64,000 nucleotides of DNA from Bacteroidaceae bacterium. Lineage in GTDB: Bacteria > Bacteroidota > Bacteroidia > Bacteroidales > Bacteroidaceae. The stretch spans positions 646 through 64,645 of the forward strand of contig JAFXVU010000144.1 of the NCBI GenBank assembly GCA_017534705.1, read 5' to 3'. Position 1 is the stretch's first letter; each line of letters opens with the position of its first letter. This document shows, in pieces, positions 57,139-64,000 of the stretch. The position numbers were made by a program, and so were the translations under genes. The notes beneath the pieces were generated by a model that searched no databases, was not told where the DNA came from, and saw only the letters and a program-made list of their open reading frames with translations.

Positions 57139-59061
57139 ATGAAACCAATAAAAAAACTCGACATATTCGTTTTCAAGAACTTCATCACTTTGTTCATTGG
57201 CACCTTTTTCATCTGCCAGTTCATCGTCATGATGCAGTTCATCTGGAAGTATGTCGATGACTTGGTGGGCAAGGGACTTCCGATGTCGGTTCTCAGCAAG
57301 TTCTTCCTCTATGCTGGGGAAACGTTGATTTCGTTGGCTTTACCACTTGCCATATTGCTGGCCTCGTTGATTTCGTTTGGCAACCTTGGTGAGCGTCTTG
57401 AGTTGCTGTCCATCAAAGCCGCCGGTATCTCTCTCTACCGTACCCTTGCACCGATTGCCATCTTCATCCTGCTGCTCAGTGGCGTGTCGTTCTACATCCA
57501 AGACAGGATTGCACCCCAAGCGCAGATGAACCTTTATCAGTTGCTGTTCTCCATGCGCCAGAAATCACCTGAACTGGACATCCCTGAGGGTGTGTTCTAC
57601 GATGGTATCCAGGACCTGAACCTTTATGTGCGCAAAAAGGACAAGGATACAGGCTCACTTTACAACGTGATGATATACAACCTGCGCGATGGAGCCGACA
57701 AGGTTCATATTCTTCTGGCCGACTCAGGACGACTGGAGACCACAGCCGACAAGGGTCACCTGCTTCTCCACCTCTACAACGGCGAGCAGTTCGAGAACCT
57801 CAACACACAGGCTCTTCAGACAAAGAACGTGCCTTACCGAAGGGAAACATTTGTCTATAAACAGTTCATCATAGAGTTCGACAACAGTTTCAATCTTGCT
57901 GATGCCGACAACTTCTCCTCCGCAGCGACCACGAAAAACATGGACGAGCTTCGCGCTGACGCCGACTCATTGGAGCAGTTCTACGATAGTATCGGTCGTT
58001 ACTACTACCAAGACATGGCAGAACGTGTGCTGAAGATGCCCATAGTTCCCGAGACGGAGCTTAAGCGTGCTGAGAAGGAACTGGCCAAAGGCGAGCTGTC
58101 GGAGATTAACCTTGACTCTGTGTTCAACAAGATGACCAAGGAACAACAGAGCGCTATCATCCGCAATGCCTCTCAGGAAGTGGTACGTCATCAGATGGAC
58201 GTGGACTTCAAGTCGATGTCGATGAAGCAAGGCGATGAGCAGATTCGGCGTCACTGGATTCAGATTCACACCATGATCACCATGGCATTGGCCTGCCTTG
58301 TTTTCTTCTTCATCGGAGCTCCTTTAGGCGCCATCATCCGCAAGGGCGGTTTGGGTCTTCCTGTGGTCATCTCTGTAATCATCTTCATTATTTACTACAT
58401 CATCAACAAGGGTAGTTCCAACCTTGCTCGTGAAGGTTCTTTGCCCGTATGGTTAGGCACATGGTTCAGCACCCTTGTCCTTGTACCTGTCGGTGCATTC
58501 TTCACCATCAAGGCCAACAACGACTCCGTGGTGTTCAACGCCGACGCTTATCGCGAGTTCTTCCGTCGTTTGCTCGGCATCCGCTCACACCGTTACATTG
58601 TGAAGAAAGAAGTCATCATCGACGACCCGAATTACAGCGAGATGGTGGGTCGACTACAGACGCTGTCGGACGACTGCGAGGAATATCTGCACCATAACAA
58701 CCTCAAGCGTTTCCCCAACTACATACGCCTGTTCTTCAAGATAGACCAGGACGTGAAAATAGAGCATATCAGCGATGAGATGGAATACGTGGTAGAAGTG
58801 CTGTCAAACAGCAAGGACCGCCAGCTCATCCGCGACCTGAACCGTTTCCCAGTGCTCGACTTGCACTCGCATACTTGTCCTTTTAAGGATAAACGGCTGA
58901 ACATGGCCTCAGGAATCATCTTCCCTGTAGGAGTGTTCCTGATTTTCCGTGTGGCCCGTTTCCGCATTCGCCTGCTACGTGACCTGCGCAATATCGTTCG
59001 CACATGCTCGTTGCAGAAGGAACGGTGCAAGGCTCTTATGGAGGGAGCTAAAACGACTTAA
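57139..59061 (+). CDS. LptF/LptG-family LPS export permease (long Bacteroidota form)
   Basis: 640-aa ORF. YjgP/YjgQ-type N-terminus ([32 protein letters not shown]), large periplasmic insert, three more TM helices, then a ~175-aa C-terminal extension. Confidence 0.75.
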   Translation: MKPIKKLDIFVFKNFITLFIGTFFICQFIVMMQFIWKYVDDLVGKGLPMSVLSKFFLYAGETLISLALPLAILLASLISFGNLGERLELLSIKAAGISLYRTLAPIAIFILLLSGVSFYIQDRIAPQAQMNLYQLLFSMRQKSPELDIPEGVFYDGIQDLNLYVRKKDKDTGSLYNVMIYNLRDGADKVHILLADSGRLETTADKGHLLLHLYNGEQFENLNTQALQTKNVPYRRETFVYKQFIIEFDNSFNLADADNFSSAATTKNMDELRADADSLEQFYDSIGRYYYQDMAERVLKMPIVPETELKRAEKELAKGELSEINLDSVFNKMTKEQQSAIIRNASQEVVRHQMDVDFKSMSMKQGDEQIRRHWIQIHTMITMALACLVFFFIGAPLGAIIRKGGLGLPVVISVIIFIIYYIINKGSSNLAREGSLPVWLGTWFSTLVLVPVGAFFTIKANNDSVVFNADAYREFFRRLLGIRSHRYIVKKEVIIDDPNYSEMVGRLQTLSDDCEEYLHHNNLKRFPNYIRLFFKIDQDVKIEHISDEMEYVVEVLSNSKDRQLIRDLNRFPVLDLHSHTCPFKDKRLNMASGIIFPVGVFLIFRVARFRIRLLRDLRNIVRTCSLQKERCKALMEGAKTT

Positions 59062-59065
59062 GGTC

Positions 59066-59091
59066 ATTGAACATTGACAATTGAACATTGA
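59066..59091. repeat. Four phased heptads containing ATTGA (a 12-mer ATTGAACATTGA appears twice)
   Basis: ATTGA at 59066, 59073, 59080 and 59087, immediately after the LptF/G stop codon and 57 nt upstream of ribBA. Confidence 0.6.
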
Positions 59092-59147
59092 GCATAAAAA
59101 AGAGGCTATAGACGCTATAAAATACGAATAAAAGACAAAGAAAAGAT

Positions 59148-60362
59148 ATGGAGGATTTCAGATTCAGTACAATAGAAGATGCCATCTCCGACTTCAAGGA
59201 AGGGAAGTTCGTGATTGTGGTTGACGACGAAGACCGTGAGAATGAGGGCGATTTCATTACCTCAGCGGAACTGATTACACCTGAGAAGGTCAACTTCATG
59301 CTTACCGAGGGACGTGGTGTGCTTTGCGCGCCAATCACTATCTCTCGTTGTGAGGAACTGGGGCTGACACATCAAGTAGAAAACAACACTTCCATGCTGG
59401 GAACCCCCTTCACTGTGACAGTGGATAAGCTTGAAGGTTGCACCACTGGTGTATCGGCCCATGACCGCGCAGCCACTATACGCGCTTTGGCTGATCCATC
59501 GACTAAGCCTGACGATTTCGGCCAGCCAGGTCATATCAACCCCCTTTACGCCCAAGACAAGGGAGTGCTTCGCCGAGCAGGACACACCGAAGCCGCCATC
59601 GACTTGGCTCGTCTGTCGGGCATGAATCCTGCCGCCGCACTCATCGAGATACTCAATCCCGACGGAACCATGGCACGAATGCCACAACTCATTGAGAAGG
59701 CCAAGCAGTTCGGCATGTGCCTCATCCAAATCAAGGACCTCATTGAATACCGTCTGCGACAGGAGTCTCTCATCGAACGCGGTGAGGAAGCCGACCTGCC
59801 TACTGCCTACGGTCATTTCCACATCATACCTTTCCGCCAAAAGAGCAATGGCCTGGACCATATCGCCCTCTTCAAAGGAACTTGGGAAAAAGACGAGCCT
59901 GTACTGGTACGCATGCACTCTTCTTGCATGACTGGTGACATCTTCGCCTCCCGTCGATGCGACTGTGGTGAACAACTCCGCAAGTCGATGGAGGAAATCG
60001 AGAAGGCAGGCAAAGGAGTCATCGTTTATCTCAACCAAGAGGGGCGCGGCATTGGCATCATGGCTAAAATCGCGGCCTACAAACTCCAGGAAGAGGGTTA
60101 CGACACCGTTGACGCCAACATTCATTTGGGCTTCGACCCCGATGAACGTGACTACGGTGTTGGCGCGCAGATTCTTCGCGAGTTGGGTGTAGGCAAAATC
60201 CGCCTGCTCACCAACAACCCTGTGAAACGTGTGGGACTTGAGGGCTACGGACTGGAGATTGTGGAGAACGTGCCCATCGAAATCCAGCCCAACCAGTACA
60301 ACGAACGCTACCTTCTCACCAAGAAAGAGCGCATGGGCCACAATCTGCATTTCAAGAAATAA
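59148..60362 (+). CDS. ribBA: Bifunctional 3,4-dihydroxy-2-butanone-4-phosphate synthase / GTP cyclohydrolase II
   Basis: 404-aa ORF. RibB motif [15 protein letters not shown] zinc site [20 protein letters not shown]. Confidence 0.95.
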   Translation: MEDFRFSTIEDAISDFKEGKFVIVVDDEDRENEGDFITSAELITPEKVNFMLTEGRGVLCAPITISRCEELGLTHQVENNTSMLGTPFTVTVDKLEGCTTGVSAHDRAATIRALADPSTKPDDFGQPGHINPLYAQDKGVLRRAGHTEAAIDLARLSGMNPAAALIEILNPDGTMARMPQLIEKAKQFGMCLIQIKDLIEYRLRQESLIERGEEADLPTAYGHFHIIPFRQKSNGLDHIALFKGTWEKDEPVLVRMHSSCMTGDIFASRRCDCGEQLRKSMEEIEKAGKGVIVYLNQEGRGIGIMAKIAAYKLQEEGYDTVDANIHLGFDPDERDYGVGAQILRELGVGKIRLLTNNPVKRVGLEGYGLEIVENVPIEIQPNQYNERYLLTKKERMGHNLHFKK

Positions 60363-60397
60363 AAAAATAAAGAAAAAACCAAATAATCAATAAGCAA

Positions 60398-61591
60398 ATG
60401 GAAAATCTATCAGATCGACTCAACAGACTGTCCCCCTCAGCTACACTCGCCATGTCGCAGCGCAGCAGCGAGCTCAAGGCTCAGGGCGTGGATGTCATCA
60501 ACCTCAGTGTCGGTGAGCCCGATTTCAATACGCCTGACCACATCAAGGAGGCAGCAAAGAAGGCCATCGATGAAAACTACTCCAAATACTCTCCCGTACC
60601 AGGCTACCCTGCCTTGAAAAACGCCATTGTAGCCAAACTCAAGAACGAGAACGGGTTGGACTACGCTCCCTCACAGATTCTCTGCTCCAACGGTGCCAAG
60701 CAGTCGGTTTGCAACACCATCATGGCCATTGTCAATGCTGGTGACGAAGTAATTATTCCCGCTCCCTACTGGGTAAGTTATCCTCAGATGGTGAAGTTGG
60801 CCGAAGGTGAGCCTGTGATTGTCGAGGCCACCATCGAACAGGACTTCAAGATCACACCAGAACAGCTTGAGGCCGCCATCACCCCTAAGACCCGCGCACT
60901 TATCCTCTGCTCTCCCTCCAACCCTACTGGTTCTGTCTATAGTCTTGAGGAACTGGAAGGTCTGAAGAATGTGTTGCTTCGCCACGAACGCGTCATCGTC
61001 ATCGCTGACGAGATATACGAGCACATCAACTATGTGGGCAGCCATGCCTCCATGGCCTCTTTCCCCGACATCAAGGGCCGTGTGGTCATCATTAACGGTG
61101 TATCTAAAGCTTATGCCATGACAGGCTGGAGAATAGGTTTCATCGCCGCACCTGAATGGATTGTTAAGGGTTGCAACAAGTTGCAGGGCCAGTACACGAG
61201 TGGTCCATGTTCAGTGAGCCAGAAAGCCGCTGAGGCCGCCTATACTGGCAGTCAGGAGTGCGTAGAACAGATGCGCCAGGCTTTTGAGCGCAGGAAGGAC
61301 CTTATCGTCCGCCTTGCGAAGGAAGTACCGGGCTTCGAGGTTCGCGAACCCAAGGGAGCCTTCTATCTCTTCCCCAAATGCTCTTATTACTTCGGCAAGG
61401 CAGACGGCGACCGTGTAATCAACAATTCCACAGACTTTGCCATGTACCTGCTTGAGGTGGGTCATGTTGCCACTGTGGGAGGCGATGCTTTCGGCAGTCC
61501 GGAATGCTTCCGCATGAGTTACGCCACCAGCGATGAAAACATCATCGAGGCCATGCGACGCATCAAGGAAACTGTAGCAAGACTCAAATAG
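60398..61591 (+). CDS. Class-I PLP aminotransferase (aspartate aminotransferase-like)
   Basis: 397-aa ORF with INLSVGEPDF, PSNPTG, and the SKAYAMTGWRIG Lys site. Confidence 0.85.
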   Translation: MENLSDRLNRLSPSATLAMSQRSSELKAQGVDVINLSVGEPDFNTPDHIKEAAKKAIDENYSKYSPVPGYPALKNAIVAKLKNENGLDYAPSQILCSNGAKQSVCNTIMAIVNAGDEVIIPAPYWVSYPQMVKLAEGEPVIVEATIEQDFKITPEQLEAAITPKTRALILCSPSNPTGSVYSLEELEGLKNVLLRHERVIVIADEIYEHINYVGSHASMASFPDIKGRVVIINGVSKAYAMTGWRIGFIAAPEWIVKGCNKLQGQYTSGPCSVSQKAAEAAYTGSQECVEQMRQAFERRKDLIVRLAKEVPGFEVREPKGAFYLFPKCSYYFGKADGDRVINNSTDFAMYLLEVGHVATVGGDAFGSPECFRMSYATSDENIIEAMRRIKETVARLK

Positions 61592-61657
61592 TAAGGAATT
61601 TCGATATAACGGAATAACGACAAAGCAACAAATAACCATTAAAAAACACTTATTATC

Positions 61658-62674
61658 ATGGACTTAATCAGCCAAATCATCGAACGCGCAAAGTCGAACA
61701 GACAGCGCATAGTGCTTCCTGAAGGCACAGAGGAGCGCACACTCACAGCAGCAGACCGCGCCATCGCCGACGGTCTGGCCGACCTCATCATTCTCGGAAA
61801 CATCGACGAGTTGCACGCACTTGCCGACAAACTCGGACTCAAGAATATCGACCGTGCCACTCTCATCGACCCTGCCACCAGCCCAAAACGCGAGGAATAC
61901 GCCCAGCTGCTCTATGAACTACGCAAGAAAAAAGGCATGACTATTGAGCAAGCTCGCGAGAAAGTACTCGACCCTCTCTATTTCGGCTGCCTCATCATCA
62001 AGAACGGTGATGCTGACGGTCAGATTTCAGGCGCTCGTTCCACTACAGGCGACACACTCCGTCCTGCTCTCCAGATTATCAAGTGTTCACCGGGCATCAC
62101 CTGCGTGTCGGGCGCCATGCTCATGATTACCAAGACTCCCCAATATGGTGAGAACGGCGTCTTAGTGGTAGGCGACGTTGCCGTGACACCTATGCCTGAT
62201 GCCGCACAGTTGAGTCAGATTGCCGTATGTACTGCTCAGACCGCCAAAGCTGTTGCCGGTTTCGAGGAACCCCGTGTTGCGATGTTGAGTTTCTCCACCA
62301 AGGGCAGTGCCAAGCACGAGGTGGTGGATAAGGTGACAGAGGCGCTACGTCTGGCCAAGGAACTTGATCCAGAACTGAAGATTGACGGTGAATTGCAGGC
62401 TGATGCCGCACTCGTTCCGAGTGTTGGCGCAAGCAAGGCTCCTGGCAGTTCGATTGCCGGTAAGGCCAATGTGCTGGTATTCCCATGCCTTGAAGTGGGC
62501 AACATCGCCTACAAATTGGTTCAGCGCTTAGGCGAAGCCGATGCCATCGGTCCGATTCTGCAAGGTATCGCTCGTCCAGTGAACGACCTGAGCCGTGGTT
62601 GCTCGGTGGATGATGTCTATAAGATGATAGCCATCACCGCAAATCAGGCTATGGCCGCCAAGGAAAACAAATAA
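61658..62674 (+). CDS. pta: Phosphate acetyltransferase
   Basis: 338-aa ORF. RIVLPEGTEERTL N-terminus and PTA_PTB C-terminal motifs (ANVLVFPCLEVGNIAYK). Confidence 0.9.
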   Translation: MDLISQIIERAKSNRQRIVLPEGTEERTLTAADRAIADGLADLIILGNIDELHALADKLGLKNIDRATLIDPATSPKREEYAQLLYELRKKKGMTIEQAREKVLDPLYFGCLIIKNGDADGQISGARSTTGDTLRPALQIIKCSPGITCVSGAMLMITKTPQYGENGVLVVGDVAVTPMPDAAQLSQIAVCTAQTAKAVAGFEEPRVAMLSFSTKGSAKHEVVDKVTEALRLAKELDPELKIDGELQADAALVPSVGASKAPGSSIAGKANVLVFPCLEVGNIAYKLVQRLGEADAIGPILQGIARPVNDLSRGCSVDDVYKMIAITANQAMAAKENK

Positions 62675-62692
62675 TCCAAACAAAACAAAATA

Positions 62693-63928
62693 ATGAAGAT
62701 TTTAGTATTGAATTGTGGAAGCTCATCCATCAAGTATGCGCTCTACAACATGGACGACAAATCCGTCATCACTTCGGGCGGTATCGAAAAGATTGGTTCC
62801 CCAGACTCTTTCATCAAGCTCAAGGTTGACGGCAAGAAGGTGAAGATTGATGAACCTATCCCTGAGCACACACGTGGTGTCCAGTTCATCTTCGAACTGC
62901 TGACCACAGGTGAATACGCAGTACTGGAGAGTGTGAACGACATCAACGCAGTGGGTCATCGCATGGTTCACGGCGGTGAGAAGTTCAACCAGAGTGTTGT
63001 CATCACAGACGATGTGATGCGCGACTTCAGTGCCTGCAACGATTTGGCTCCCCTCCACAACCCCGCCAACATCAAGGGTATCAACGCCGTGAAGGCCTTG
63101 TTGCCCAATGTTCCTCAAGTGGGTGTTTTCGATACCGCTTTCCACCAGACAATGCCCGACTACGCCTATATGTACGCTTTGCCATACGAACTTTATTCCA
63201 AGTACGGAGTACGTCGTTATGGTTTCCACGGCACGAGCCACCGCTATGTGTCACAGCGTGTGCTGGAGTACTTGGGACGTGAAGCTGAAGGGACGAAGAT
63301 TATCACCTGCCACATCGGCAATGGCGCATCCATCGCCGCAGTAAAGGACGGCAAGTGTATCGACACCTCTATGGGTCTGACTCCGCTTGAAGGACTGATT
63401 ATGGGTACCCGTTCGGGCGATATAGACGCTGGTGCGGTCACTTTCTTGATGGATAAGTTGAATCTCGACACCAAAGGTATCTCCAACCTGCTGAACAAGC
63501 AGTCTGGATTGGTGGGTGTGTCAGAATTGTCAAACGACTTCCGCGACATCCTCGCCGGCATCGCTGTAGGCAATGACAAGGCTCGACTTGCCAAGGAAAT
63601 GTATACCTACCGCATTAAGAAATACATCGGCCAGTATGCTGCCGCCATGGGTGGTGTGGATATCATCCTATTCACTGGAGGCGCTGGCGAGAACCAATGG
63701 GAGGTACGCGAAGGCGCAACCAACGGACTGGAGTTCCTTGGTGTGAAGATGGACGTTGCCCGTAACCGCGCTTGCCGCGCCACTGAGGCCATCATCTCCG
63801 CCGACGACTCCCAGGTTACCGTCTGTGTCATCCCAACTGACGAGGAGTTGATGATAGCCACCGATACTTTGGCACTGGTAGAAGATATTTTGGACAAGAC
63901 GGAATATTCAGATTATTCTGATTATTAG
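62693..63928 (+). CDS. ackA: Acetate kinase
   Basis: 411-aa ORF with ILVLNCGSSSIKY, GHRMVHGG, RYGFHGTSH, IPTDEELMIA. Confidence 0.95.
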   Translation: MKILVLNCGSSSIKYALYNMDDKSVITSGGIEKIGSPDSFIKLKVDGKKVKIDEPIPEHTRGVQFIFELLTTGEYAVLESVNDINAVGHRMVHGGEKFNQSVVITDDVMRDFSACNDLAPLHNPANIKGINAVKALLPNVPQVGVFDTAFHQTMPDYAYMYALPYELYSKYGVRRYGFHGTSHRYVSQRVLEYLGREAEGTKIITCHIGNGASIAAVKDGKCIDTSMGLTPLEGLIMGTRSGDIDAGAVTFLMDKLNLDTKGISNLLNKQSGLVGVSELSNDFRDILAGIAVGNDKARLAKEMYTYRIKKYIGQYAAAMGGVDIILFTGGAGENQWEVREGATNGLEFLGVKMDVARNRACRATEAIISADDSQVTVCVIPTDEELMIATDTLALVEDILDKTEYSDYSDY

Positions 63929-63966
63929 AAGGATTCAGAATATTGAGTATTGACTTTGCAAGAAAA

Positions 63967-64000
63967 ACAATCGCCCAGCCTTGAAAAGTTGGGCGATTGT
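63967..64000 (+). terminator. Hairpin downstream of ackA (cut by the window edge)
   Basis: ACAATCGCCCA/TGGGCGATTGT 11-bp perfect stem with a 12-nt loop. The tail lies beyond the window. Confidence 0.5.

Noticed and set aside
56949-57299. 116-aa minus-strand ORF spanning the tRNA promoter and the start of the LptF/G-family gene.
   Set aside because: It overlaps two promoter boxes and the N-terminus of a well-supported gene. The sequence is low-complexity and AT-rich.
59262-60350. 362-aa minus-strand ORF antisense to ribBA.
   Set aside because: ribBA on the plus strand has unambiguous catalytic motifs across the whole span. The antisense product has no motifs, promoter box or terminator.
63905-63925. 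AckA C-terminal YSDYSDY tail, encoded by a 9-nt tandem repeat (TATTCAGAT TATTCTGAT TAT).
   Set aside because: It is a short in-frame slippage-type extension beyond the conserved AckA core, with no evidence of function.

Overview
This is a gene-dense (about 90% coding) chromosomal segment, most likely from a Bacteroidales (Prevotellaceae-like) genome. Three things support that assignment. A TAnnTTTG -7 promoter box sits in nearly every promoter-bearing spacer. One large protein ends in a short T9SS sorting domain. The gene neighbourhoods are typical of the group (DUF4290-murA, folP-cdaA, argR-GNAT-argG-argC-argD). I call 55 protein-coding genes, one tRNA-Met(CAU), 18 promoter boxes and 8 intrinsic-terminator hairpins. 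I found no rRNA, CRISPR array, transposase, integrase, phage gene or recognisable defence/toxin module.

Most of the window is core housekeeping:
- Envelope and isoprenoid: thiL, punA, lpxK, sppA; alaS, rseP, dxr, rimM, murA, tsaB; murF, folP, cdaA; an LptF/G permease.
- Nucleotide and cofactor: yicC, gmk, nadD, a CCA-type nucleotidyltransferase, ribBA.
- Translation: tsf, rpsB, rpsI, rplM.
- Arginine biosynthesis: the arg cluster.
- Central metabolism: an aminotransferase, pta, ackA.

The accessory content is carbohydrate-active:
- A 3'-truncated GH2 at the left edge. It is absent from the ORF track because no stop codon lies in the window.
- A GH105-like hydrolase and a SASA-type esterase around 7.7-10.2 kb.
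- A pectin (rhamnogalacturonan)-type locus at 45.4-56.8 kb. It holds a PorT-like barrel, a second GH105, DUF4837, a CE12-like esterase, a GH106-like enzyme, an 898-aa T9SS-secreted protein (GH30-like + ricin + FN3 + LamG), a possible 48-aa membrane micro-protein and a DUF4380 protein. No SusC/SusD pair or regulator is in view.

Two real-looking small genes are missing from the ORF track: a 57-aa 2x[4Fe-4S] ferredoxin (44913..45086, minus) and the 48-aa membrane ORF (55660..55806).

I see no compelling evidence for a wholly new system. The best candidates for follow-up are:
- the T9SS lectin/hydrolase protein and its locus;
- a duplicated TTGAT-N3-ATCAA palindrome in the murF/folP spacer;
- a Cys-rich GNAT in the arg operon;
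- a tandem DUF4230 pair;
- structured-looking ribosomal-protein leaders.

All family assignments rest on motif recognition by eye and need HMM or structure searches to confirm.
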